A stretch of DNA of 40,879 nucleotides from a virus, in the IMG/VR virus record IMGVR_UViG_3300045988_143943; one strand, given 5' to 3'. Positions within the stretch are counted from its first letter, which is position 1, and each line of letters begins with the position of its first letter. The notes under the pieces were generated by a model. That model did not search any database, had not been told where the DNA came from, and saw nothing but the letters and a program-made list of their open reading frames with translations. Shown one piece after another: positions 33,284 to 40,879 of this stretch. A program made the translations under genes and the position numbers.

Positions 33284-33701
33284 ATTCAGAGGTCATAATG
33301 GAATTGAATGGTTATACGATTCACAAATTTCTATAATACCATATGGCAAAAACGTACATTGTTTTATGCCGAATGAAAAAAATAAATCAGACCAAAATGA
33401 TGTATGTAATTGGGATAGTGTTAGTTATGTAGGACAATATACAGGTTGTAAAGATGCTAACGGCAAAGAAATATATGAGGGAGATATAATAAGATTAGAA
33501 GGAGTAGACGATAGAGAAATAGGTTCAACGTGGGAACATATAGGAAAAATAGTATATAAACGAGGAGCATTCTTTGTTTGCTATTTTGATTATTATGCAG
33601 ATGGAGATGAAGAATTGATATGTGATGCCCAAGTTGAATTTGGTACAGTTATAGGAAATATATACGAGAATAAAAACTTATTGGAGGAAAACTATGAATA
33701 A
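33270..33701 (+). CDS. YopX-family protein, copy 2
   Basis: 143 aa. MREIKFRGH...QYTGCKDANGKEIYEGDII...GNIYENKNLLE. Confidence 0.8.
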   Translation: MREIKFRGHNGIEWLYDSQISIIPYGKNVHCFMPNEKNKSDQNDVCNWDSVSYVGQYTGCKDANGKEIYEGDIIRLEGVDDREIGSTWEHIGKIVYKRGAFFVCYFDYYADGDEELICDAQVEFGTVIGNIYENKNLLEENYE

Positions 33702-34203
33702 AAATTTAAACAATAAAGAAATAAGCACTTTAATATCTTTAATGAAAGAAGAACTTTTAAAAATTGGGATATCATTATGTAACGATGAAGATGTTGATTT
33801 AGAAGATGCAAATAAAAAAATAGAATTTTTTAATAAAATATTAGATAAATTAGGAGTGCCAAAAGAAATATCAGATAATAATGAAAAAGCATGTGAAAGA
33901 TGTGGAATAACAGAAGGTAAAAAAGGTGATGAAGGTTACCCAATTAGTGTTAAATATTATAAATATGCAAAACAAACATTATGTGACTGCTGTATAGATA
34001 TATTTAACGGAAATTCATGGGGATATAACAGATTAAAGGAATTATTTGGAGATGAACAAGCTAAGAAAATGCTAACAGCAGGATTTAACGAAGTACCATT
34101 CGGATTTAAAATAAATACAGAACTTCCATTATTTTCAGGAAATGAAGATAATTTAGAAAATATAACAAAGATGGCTAACATATTGAATAGCAAATTAGAA
34201 TAA
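33694..34203 (+). CDS. Hypothetical protein (169 aa) with a CxxC...CxCC cluster
   Basis: Intact ORF overlapping the upstream stop. No family recognised. Confidence 0.6.
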   Translation: MNKNLNNKEISTLISLMKEELLKIGISLCNDEDVDLEDANKKIEFFNKILDKLGVPKEISDNNEKACERCGITEGKKGDEGYPISVKYYKYAKQTLCDCCIDIFNGNSWGYNRLKELFGDEQAKKMLTAGFNEVPFGFKINTELPLFSGNEDNLENITKMANILNSKLE

Positions 34204-34219
34204 AACGAGGTGTAAAAAT

Positions 34220-34594
34220 ATGTCATTAAGAACAATGCTAGAAGATAATGGATACACATATCTATCAAAAGAATACAAAGAAGCTGAAAAAGATTTTAGA
34301 AAAATGAGCAACTGGATTGTTCAAATGCATAATGGTATAAAACCGTGCAATGAAATGTACGTAATTAAGATACTAAATATTTTAGAAAGTCATGATAATA
34401 TAAAAGGTGATTACGGAAATAATGATTTACATGATATAAAAACTTTTCTAAAAAAAGCAGTTTATATTTTTAATGCAAAATTTATAATAAGACAACTAGG
34501 GTATAGATTTGAATTTAATCCTAAAAAATACGGAAATGACAAAAAAGAATTAAAACAACATATTGAATTGCTTAAAGAGATAAAATACAAATAA
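34220..34594 (+). CDS. Hypothetical protein (124 aa)
   Basis: ORF with RBS GAGGTG. Confidence 0.6.
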   Translation: MSLRTMLEDNGYTYLSKEYKEAEKDFRKMSNWIVQMHNGIKPCNEMYVIKILNILESHDNIKGDYGNNDLHDIKTFLKKAVYIFNAKFIIRQLGYRFEFNPKKYGNDKKELKQHIELLKEIKYK

Positions 34595-34666
34595 TTGACA
34601 TAAAAAAAGGAATGCTTTCACATTCCGACAAATTCCTTAATAATATTATAACAGGAGTGTGGGAGC

Positions 34667-35152
34667 ATGGCAACATTAAACGTAAGTGAACAAGCAAAAG
34701 AATTAGCTAAGGAAGTAGTATTTGAAATAAAAAAACAACAAAAAGATAAAAGATTACACAATACTAAACTATTAATGAAAAACTATGACAAACTAAAAAA
34801 TCATATAGAAAAAGTTAATAGCGATGGTTTCAAAGGATATTTTGGAGAAGAATTACAAGATGCACTAGAAGAAAATGATATATTCCTTAACAGTGTACTT
34901 AGAACAAAAGCAAGAACAGCACAAATGGTTTCTTGTATAGATATATCATTAGAAATATTAGCTGATGAATACGAAGAAAATGGAACTTATTACATATACG
35001 ATGCTTTTCATATGTATTACATAGAAAAAATTACATTTGAAGAAATAGCTGAAAGACTTAATACAGGCAAAAACACTCCAGCAAGATGGGCAAAAGAGGT
35101 ATTAAATAAATTAAATATCTTATTGTGGGGAGTTGAAGCATTGGGGATTTAA
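34667..35152 (+). CDS. ArpU/RinA-like late transcriptional regulator (sigma region-4-like HTH)
   Basis: 161 aa with C-terminal ITFEEIAERLNTGKNTPARWAKEVLNKLNILLWG. Last gene before the packaging module. Confidence 0.6.
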   Translation: MATLNVSEQAKELAKEVVFEIKKQQKDKRLHNTKLLMKNYDKLKNHIEKVNSDGFKGYFGEELQDALEENDIFLNSVLRTKARTAQMVSCIDISLEILADEYEENGTYYIYDAFHMYYIEKITFEEIAERLNTGKNTPARWAKEVLNKLNILLWGVEALGI

Positions 35153-35325
35153 TAGGGAATATGTGGGGTTTTCATAGGGGATTACCGATAATATAATGAT
35201 AGTATAGAGAAACTCTAATAAAAAGGTTGTTTCTTTACGAACTCTTATTGAATGTCAGATAGCCTGGTAACCTATTTGACTAGTATAATTGCTACAGTTT
35301 TTTTAAAAACATTGGTTTTTTCTTT

Positions 35326-35343
35326 GATGCATAGTTATGCATC
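35326..35343. promoter_or_regulatory. 18-bp DNA palindrome (candidate protein-binding site: late regulator or terminase)
   Basis: GATGCATA-GT-TATGCATC. The 2-nt centre makes an RNA hairpin unlikely. Confidence 0.35.
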
Positions 35344-35418
35344 CTCCTTAAGTATTAAGTATATAATTAACAACTTAGTTATGACAGGAAATGGCTGAGG
35401 GTGAAACCTCAGCAACGT

Positions 35419-35471
35419 GCAAGTAATGGAAATCGCCCCCAACGATGTAGGTTCGAATCCTACAACTTGCT
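35419..35471 (+). ncRNA. tRNA-like minihelix (acceptor-like stem plus canonical T-arm); not a complete tRNA
   Basis: GCAAGT (35419-35424) pairs with ACTTGC (35465-35470). T-arm GTAGG-TTCGAAT-CCTAC spans 35447-35463. An internal 4-bp ATCG/CGAT stem carries the 7-nt loop CCCCCAA. No D-arm and no CCA. Confidence 0.35.
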
Positions 35472-35533
35472 AATTGTAATTACTATCATACAACAACAGA
35501 AACAGATTTTAATCTCATACTCAATTTGAAAAG

Positions 35534-35554
35534 GAGCCCATGAAGGGCTCTTTT
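35534..35554 (+). terminator. Rho-independent terminator closing the non-coding transcription unit
   Basis: GAGCCC (35534-35539), loop ATGAA, GGGCTC (35545-35550), then TTTT. Confidence 0.7.
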
Positions 35555-35580
35555 GTCGTGTAAAGAAAGAGTTGATCTAA

Positions 35581-35862
35581 ATGAGTAGAAAAATATTTCA
35601 AAGAAAAGAGTATTCAATCTATAGATGTGATTATGGATATGTTATTCATAACACAAACAAGAAATTTGAAAACGGACATACACATGTAAATAATTTTTAT
35701 AAAGCTAAGATACTGGTTATTATGGCTATAAAAAGAGAGATAGACAATAAGCTAAGTAAAAGAGATATAGAAAGTCTTATTAGATTAACAAATGATAATA
35801 GATATAGAAATAAATTATTAGAATTAGAAAGGAGTGGTATTAATGGCGAAATTGACAGCTAA
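35581..35862 (+). CDS. Hypothetical protein (93 aa) upstream of terS
   Basis: Intact ORF overlapping the terS start. Confidence 0.55.
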   Translation: MSRKIFQRKEYSIYRCDYGYVIHNTNKKFENGHTHVNNFYKAKILVIMAIKREIDNKLSKRDIESLIRLTNDNRYRNKLLELERSGINGEIDS

Positions 35863-36340
35863 ACAAAAGAAGTTTGTAGAAGAATACTTAATAGACCTTA
35901 ATGCTACTCAAGCAGCAATTCGTGCTGGATACAGTCCTAAAAATGCAGGTAAAATAGGACATGAACTGCTAGAAAAAACTAGAAATGAAATAGATAGAGC
36001 TATAGCGGAAAGAAGTCGAAGGACAGGTATTAATCAAGATAGAGTTTTAAGGGAATTGGCAAAGATAGCATTTGTTAATCCTGGAGATGTCATAAATTTT
36101 GACGAAGCTACAGTAAAAGGCGATGCCAAGGAAGAAGATTTAGCTGCTATAGCAAGTGTAAAAATAAAAAACATACCAACAGAAGATGGAGAAATAACAG
36201 AAAGGGAAATAAAACTATGCGACAAGCTAAAAGCATTAGATTTACTCGGTAAACATCTAGGAATATATGACAAGCATGAATCAGAAGATAAAAATCTAAC
36301 AATAACAATTCAGAAAGCAAGCGAGAAAAATGGAAATTAA
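35843..36340 (+). CDS. terS: Terminase small subunit (P27/Terminase_2-like)
   Basis: ATG 35843 with RBS AAGGAG. Motif [32 protein letters not shown]. Confidence 0.85.
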   Translation: MAKLTAKQKKFVEEYLIDLNATQAAIRAGYSPKNAGKIGHELLEKTRNEIDRAIAERSRRTGINQDRVLRELAKIAFVNPGDVINFDEATVKGDAKEEDLAAIASVKIKNIPTEDGEITEREIKLCDKLKALDLLGKHLGIYDKHESEDKNLTITIQKASEKNGN

Positions 36341-37604
36341 CATAACTTGCAATGATCACTTTGAAGATTTTGTTTTAGATTGGAACTATAAATTTTATTT
36401 TCTTGTTGGTGGTTATGGTAGCTCTAAAAGTTATCATGTGGTCCAAAAGCTGCATCTAAAATTATTACAAGAAAAGAGATTAGCATTAGTTGTAAGGGAA
36501 GTATATGACACTATACGAGATAGCTGCTTTTCACTTTTACAAGATGTAGCAGTAGATATGGGGATATACGATATGCTTAAATTTAAGACATCGCCAATGC
36601 AAGTAACATATCCTAATGGAAGCAAGATAATTTTTAAAGGTATGGATAAACCAGCTAAATTAAAATCTATCAATGGTGTATCTATTATATGGGTTGAGGA
36701 ATGTTCCGAGGTTAAATATGAGGGCTTTAAAGAACTTTTAGGACGTTTAAGACATCCTACACTCAGTAATCACATTATACTTAGTGAAAACCCTATAGAA
36801 AAGGCTAACTGGACTTATAAGCATTTTTTTATTGATGAAGAAAATAATAAGAAAATACTTGATGATGAAAAACTTTATATCGAAAGAATTATCAAGACAA
36901 ATAATACATACTATCATCATTCCATTTGTGATGACAATTATTTTCTACCTCAGGACTATATAAAAGAGCTTGATAACATGAAAGAATATGACCCAGATTT
37001 ATATAGAGTAGCTAGACAAGGTAGATTTGGTATAAATGGTACTAAAGTATTACCGCAATTTGAAATGATGGACCACGATTTAGTTATGGCCAAAGTAGGT
37101 TCTATACCTTCTAGATTTTATAGAGCTGGTATGGACTTTGGATTTGAAACTTCATACAATGCATTAGTTAGAATTGCTATAGATGATGTGAATAAAGATT
37201 TGTATATTTACTGGGAATATTATAAAAATCATATGACAGATGATAAGACTGCTAAAGAAATAGATGAATTTAGAGTAAATAAAGAGTTAATAAGAGCAGA
37301 TAGCGCTGAGCCCAAGACAATTAGATTTTATCAGCAAGAAGGTTTTAAAATGATAGGGGCTAAAAAATATCAAGGCTCTAGGCTTCAAAATACTAAAAAA
37401 GTAAAAAGATTTAAGCATATATATTGCTCAACTAAATGTGTTAATGTAAAAAAAGAATTGAAGGATCTAACATATAAGCAAAATGAAAAAGGTGAGAATA
37501 TATATGATGAATTTAATATAGACCCTCATACTTTGAGTGCTATTTGGTATGCATTAGATGGTTATGAGGTTGCAGATTATAAAAGACATTATCACAGTAG
37601 ATAG
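36330..37604 (+). CDS. terL: Terminase large subunit (PBSX/Terminase_3-like)
   Basis: 424 aa. Walker A-like VGGYGSSKS and Walker B-like IIWVEE. C-terminal nuclease region. Confidence 0.9.
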   Translation: MEINITCNDHFEDFVLDWNYKFYFLVGGYGSSKSYHVVQKLHLKLLQEKRLALVVREVYDTIRDSCFSLLQDVAVDMGIYDMLKFKTSPMQVTYPNGSKIIFKGMDKPAKLKSINGVSIIWVEECSEVKYEGFKELLGRLRHPTLSNHIILSENPIEKANWTYKHFFIDEENNKKILDDEKLYIERIIKTNNTYYHHSICDDNYFLPQDYIKELDNMKEYDPDLYRVARQGRFGINGTKVLPQFEMMDHDLVMAKVGSIPSRFYRAGMDFGFETSYNALVRIAIDDVNKDLYIYWEYYKNHMTDDKTAKEIDEFRVNKELIRADSAEPKTIRFYQQEGFKMIGAKKYQGSRLQNTKKVKRFKHIYCSTKCVNVKKELKDLTYKQNEKGENIYDEFNIDPHTLSAIWYALDGYEVADYKRHYHSR

Positions 37605-37619
37605 AAAGGAGGATGTAAG

Positions 37620-39044
37620 ATGCTTAATAGTTATCAAGAGTTTGTTGCTGCTGAACTTACTGGATTGTATGGCTCGGCAGTATTACAAGAAATGAACGAT
37701 ATATTAAGGCTGTATGACATATATGAAGGTCGAGAAAATTTCATTGACAAGTCAGAAGAAAAAGACTATACACAGACAGAAAAAAGAACAAATCTGATTA
37801 AGAAGCTTATAAAAGAAGAATCTAGATTTTTATTCGGTAAGACTCCAGAGTTATACATTCAGCCTAAAAATGATACAGAAGTTGACAAAGATAAAGCCGA
37901 AGAAATAAATCTTTACTTAGGCAAGATACTAAAAGATAATTTATTCTCAGAGAAGCTTGTAAAAGGTGCTAGAGACTGCTTTATCGGTAAAAGAGCTGCT
38001 ATTAAATTATATGCTAACCGAGATACAAAAGAAATTAGGATAATGTTTTTACCTAGCTTGGAATTTATCTACGAGAGTGACGAGAAAAATCCTAACGAAC
38101 TTAAAAAGATAATATTCTTCTATCAGACAAATAAGGAAGTTGAAAAAGATAAACAGAGAATATGGAAACAAAAATATGAAATGATAGATGGAAGATGCAT
38201 ATTAAATGAAGGCATCTACAATGGTAATGGGATATTAATAGAGCCTATAAATGTAGATGTAGACTTACAACTAAGTGGTATTCCTTGCTATGTAATTATT
38301 AATGACGGATTAAGTGGAGACCCGTTCGGAGAATCTGATGTAAAAGAGCTTCTAGATAATCAGATTCAATACAATAGACTATCAAGTGAAGATGTTGACA
38401 CTCTTAGAAAAGGTATGGATAGGATTATTTATGGTGTCGACATAGACCCTGAAGCATCTGAAAAATTTAAACTAAAGCCTGGAGCATTTTGGGACGTACC
38501 AACAGACCCTACAGCAGAAAATAAACAAGCTACACTAGGTACAATACCGACAGACTTTGGTTATGGAGACAAGATAGAAAACTCTCTAAAACGTATCAAG
38601 TCAGATATGTATGAGATGCTAAATATACCAATGCTATCAAATGACGAGCTAAAAGGTATGATGACATCAGGTAAAACTATGAAGGCATTGTATTGGCAAC
38701 TTATTACTAGATGTGAAGAGAAGATGATGGCATGGCGACCAGCTTTAGAGTGGTTAATAAGAGCAATACTTGAAATTACAGAAGTATATCAAATAGAAAA
38801 ATTACCGCAACTTGATTATACTGTTACAGTAGAAAATAACTATCCTTTACAGGAAGATGAAGACGAAGAAAAGACATTAGACTTGCAACAAGTAAATGCA
38901 CAGGCTATGTCTAGAAAAACATTCATCAAGAAATGGCAAGGTGTTACAGATGATGTGGCTGATGCTGAAATAAAACAAATAGCATTAGAAAGAGAAATGT
39001 TAGAAGAAAGTTATGTATCTGGAATGAGTGATCCAGTTGAATAA
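37620..39044 (+). CDS. Portal protein (SPP1 gp6-like)
   Basis: 474 aa. Position after terL, with size and composition typical of a portal. Confidence 0.8.
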   Translation: MLNSYQEFVAAELTGLYGSAVLQEMNDILRLYDIYEGRENFIDKSEEKDYTQTEKRTNLIKKLIKEESRFLFGKTPELYIQPKNDTEVDKDKAEEINLYLGKILKDNLFSEKLVKGARDCFIGKRAAIKLYANRDTKEIRIMFLPSLEFIYESDEKNPNELKKIIFFYQTNKEVEKDKQRIWKQKYEMIDGRCILNEGIYNGNGILIEPINVDVDLQLSGIPCYVIINDGLSGDPFGESDVKELLDNQIQYNRLSSEDVDTLRKGMDRIIYGVDIDPEASEKFKLKPGAFWDVPTDPTAENKQATLGTIPTDFGYGDKIENSLKRIKSDMYEMLNIPMLSNDELKGMMTSGKTMKALYWQLITRCEEKMMAWRPALEWLIRAILEITEVYQIEKLPQLDYTVTVENNYPLQEDEDEEKTLDLQQVNAQAMSRKTFIKKWQGVTDDVADAEIKQIALEREMLEESYVSGMSDPVE

Positions 39045-39927
39045 TTTTTTTAAACAAAAGAATAAAACTGAAAAAGAGATGACTAGAGAAATAAAAAAAG
39101 CATATAAGAGAGTAGCGAATAATTTGATTAAAAGATTAGCTCTAGTTAATCCAGATACGATGACATATGACTATTTAAGACAAACTGCTAAGTATCTAGA
39201 AAAAGAATATAAGAAGCTTAATAAAAGACTTAATAAAGATATAGAAAAGGCTATTGTAAACACAGTAGAAGGCTATACACAAAGCCAAGTAGAGTTTTAC
39301 AGTGATTTATGTAAACCTCTATCTAGTAGCTTTGAAGATATGTTTAGCAAAGTGAATAAGCAAGTTTTAGACAATGTTATTACAGGCAAAATGTATGGAG
39401 ATAACATAAAACTTTCTGACAGACTTTGGAGTAATCGTAAAAAGACTGTAAAGACTATAAACGATATACTTACAGATGGTTTTATTACTGGTAAAAACAG
39501 TAAAGATATAGCTAAAGACTTAGAGGTTTATTGTAATCCAGATTATTTAAAGGAATACGAAAAGTTTACTATTCATCCTAAAAGTAAAAACAAGGTTGAA
39601 TTTAACTCATATAGATTAGCAAATACATATATAAATCATGCATACCAAGAAGCAACAAGGCAAAGTGCTAAGCATAATCCATTTGTAGAAAAAGTTGAAT
39701 GGCTAAGCGGAACAGACGATAATGTATGCGATTTATGTAAAGAACGAAACGGAAAGAAATTTGATAAAAATAAAGTACCTTTAGACCATCCACTTGGCAG
39801 ATGTACACTATTACCAGTCATAGAAGATGATTTAGAAGATATAGCTAGAGAGTTAAAAGGCTGGGTTAATGGTGATAAAAATGAAAAGCTTGATAAATGG
39901 TTTGAAGCATGGAAGGTTAAAATATGA
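39028..39927 (+). CDS. Minor head / head morphogenesis protein (SPP1 gp7 / Mu F-like)
   Basis: 299 aa with C-terminal CDLCKERNGKKF...PLDHPLGRCTLLPV. Confidence 0.8.
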   Translation: MIQLNNFFKQKNKTEKEMTREIKKAYKRVANNLIKRLALVNPDTMTYDYLRQTAKYLEKEYKKLNKRLNKDIEKAIVNTVEGYTQSQVEFYSDLCKPLSSSFEDMFSKVNKQVLDNVITGKMYGDNIKLSDRLWSNRKKTVKTINDILTDGFITGKNSKDIAKDLEVYCNPDYLKEYEKFTIHPKSKNKVEFNSYRLANTYINHAYQEATRQSAKHNPFVEKVEWLSGTDDNVCDLCKERNGKKFDKNKVPLDHPLGRCTLLPVIEDDLEDIARELKGWVNGDKNEKLDKWFEAWKVKI

Positions 39928-40070
39928 GAGATTTATTGTTTAAAATAGGGGTAAAAATGGGCTGGGTTACAAGTCCAAGCATCTTATTTGACTTAGCAAT
40001 GTTAGGTGAGAAATCAACTTACTATGAAAAATACTATAAGAAGTATAAGAAAAGATGTAAATGGCTGTAA
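39924..40070 (+). CDS. Small basic protein (48 aa)
   Basis: ATGA overlap with the upstream stop. Encodes MRDLLFKIGVKMGWVTSPSILFDLAMLGEKSTYYEKYYKKYKKRCKWL. Confidence 0.4.
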   Translation: MRDLLFKIGVKMGWVTSPSILFDLAMLGEKSTYYEKYYKKYKKRCKWL

Positions 40071-40173
40071 AGCCTTATTTTTATGTCTTTTTTTAGTTTG
40101 TAGACGTAAAAGAATAAACTAAAAACTATATTCAAGAAACGGACTTGTAAAAAGTGTAAATATAGGAGGAAAT

Positions 40174-40785
40174 ATGGAATTTAAAGAGATATTAAAAGCA
40201 CAAAGCTTAACAGATGAACAAATAAATAACATTACTGCAAAGATGAAAGAAGAAAAAATATATACTACATCTTTAGAAAATGCAGACGAACGATATACGA
40301 AATTAAAAGGCCAAAAAGCTGATTTAGATGAACAAATAAAAGCTGCAAATACAACTATAACAGAGTTGAAGAAAAATAATAAAGACAATGAAGCATTGCA
40401 ACAAACAATACAAGATCATGAAGCTACAATAGAAAATCTGAAAAAAGAATCAGCACAAAAGGATTTTAATTATGCATTAGACAGTGCATTAAAAGACAAT
40501 AAATGTAAGAATGCTAAGGCTTTAAAAGCTTTACTAGATTTAGATAATATAAAATTTAATGAAGGTAAATTAGAAGGCTTAGAAGGACAATTAACTGCAT
40601 TGAAGGAAAGCGATGGATATTTATTTGATACATCAAATCCAGCTCCAGGTAATACTGGTGGAACAGGCAATCATCCAAGAGTTGGCGATGGAGCAATAAC
40701 AAAAGAACAATTTAATAAAATGACTTATAAAGAAAGAGTAGATTTATTCAATTCTAATAAAGAACTGTATGATCAATTAAAATAA
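40174..40785 (+). CDS. Scaffolding protein (GP20-like)
   Basis: 203 aa, coiled-coil rich, RBS AGGAGG. Directly upstream of the capsid gene. Confidence 0.8.
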   Translation: MEFKEILKAQSLTDEQINNITAKMKEEKIYTTSLENADERYTKLKGQKADLDEQIKAANTTITELKKNNKDNEALQQTIQDHEATIENLKKESAQKDFNYALDSALKDNKCKNAKALKALLDLDNIKFNEGKLEGLEGQLTALKESDGYLFDTSNPAPGNTGGTGNHPRVGDGAITKEQFNKMTYKERVDLFNSNKELYDQLK

Positions 40786-40800
40786 TAGGAAGGTGATAAT

Positions 40801-40879
40801 ATGTCAACAACAAAAATTGCAGATTTAATAAATCCAGAAGTAATGGCAGATATGATTTCAGCCAAAATAGAAAAAAAAT
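40801..40879 (+). repeat. Terminal overlap: exact copy of nt 1-79 (start of the major capsid gene), marking circular closure of the contig
   Basis: The 79 nt at 40801-40879 are identical to 1-79 on direct comparison. Confidence 0.95.

Noticed and set aside
35419-35471. Calling this a bona fide tRNA gene
   Set aside because: Only the T-arm and an acceptor-like stem are present. There is no D-arm, the would-be anticodon stem is only 4 bp with no U33, there is no CCA, and the total is about 53 nt. It is kept as a tRNA-like element only.
24400-40670. Remaining minus-strand track ORFs in the early and packaging modules (24400-24642, 26977-27318, 27564-27974, 28339-28653, 29712-29921, 30149-30430, 30472-30675, 31634-31861, 33957-34268, 36034-36273, 36147-36359, 36434-36673, 39636-39821, 40119-40388, 40470-40670; also 17734-17931 and 18582-18785)
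   Set aside because: All are antisense to better-supported plus-strand genes, lack RBSs and have low-complexity translations. No independent evidence supports them.

Overview
This window is a complete, circularly closed genome of a temperate siphovirus-type phage or prophage. It has 40,800 unique bp; nt 1-79 recur verbatim at 40801-40879. The host is probably a low-GC Firmicute (Clostridium-like): the DNA is very AT-rich, RBSs are GGAGG-type, the lysis cassette is XhlA-holin-amidase, and the integrase is a large serine recombinase. Gene order on the + strand: major capsid (split), head-tail connectors, major tail, chaperone pair, tape measure, Dit, Tal, receptor-binding protein, a small inserted cassette, then lysis. 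Next come a four-gene reverse-strand accessory operon, the serine integrase and the lysogeny switch (CI-like, Cro-like, Rha/KilAC antirepressor). The early genes follow: Gp157, RecT, a replisome organizer with an internal iteron origin, RusA, a PAPS-reductase-like enzyme and 2x YopX. The genome closes with an ArpU-like late regulator, a 430-nt non-coding region, and TerS, TerL, portal, minor head and scaffold. I saw no rRNA, canonical tRNA, CRISPR array or transposase. Most notable observations: (1) the major capsid gene is interrupted by a ~1.24-kb group I intron carrying a zinc-ribbon plus Vsr-like homing endonuclease ORF; the classical P/Q/R/S core elements and U/G splice-site rules are readable in the sequence. 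(2) A perfect Gram-positive LexA (Cheo) box sits in front of a 35-codon ORF next to a CI-like repressor that has no visible autocleavage domain, suggesting an SOS-controlled antirepressor-type switch. (3) The tail receptor-binding protein contains a complete metallophosphoesterase domain. (4) An uncharacterised four-gene operon lies between lysis and integrase, driven by a near-consensus promoter with an operator palindrome in the spacer and including an AbrB-like gene overlapping a small unknown gene. This is the best candidate for an undescribed lysogen-expressed exclusion, toxin-antitoxin or defence system. (5) A tRNA-like minihelix sits in the non-coding region upstream of the packaging genes. 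All functional calls rest on motif recognition by eye; no searches were run.
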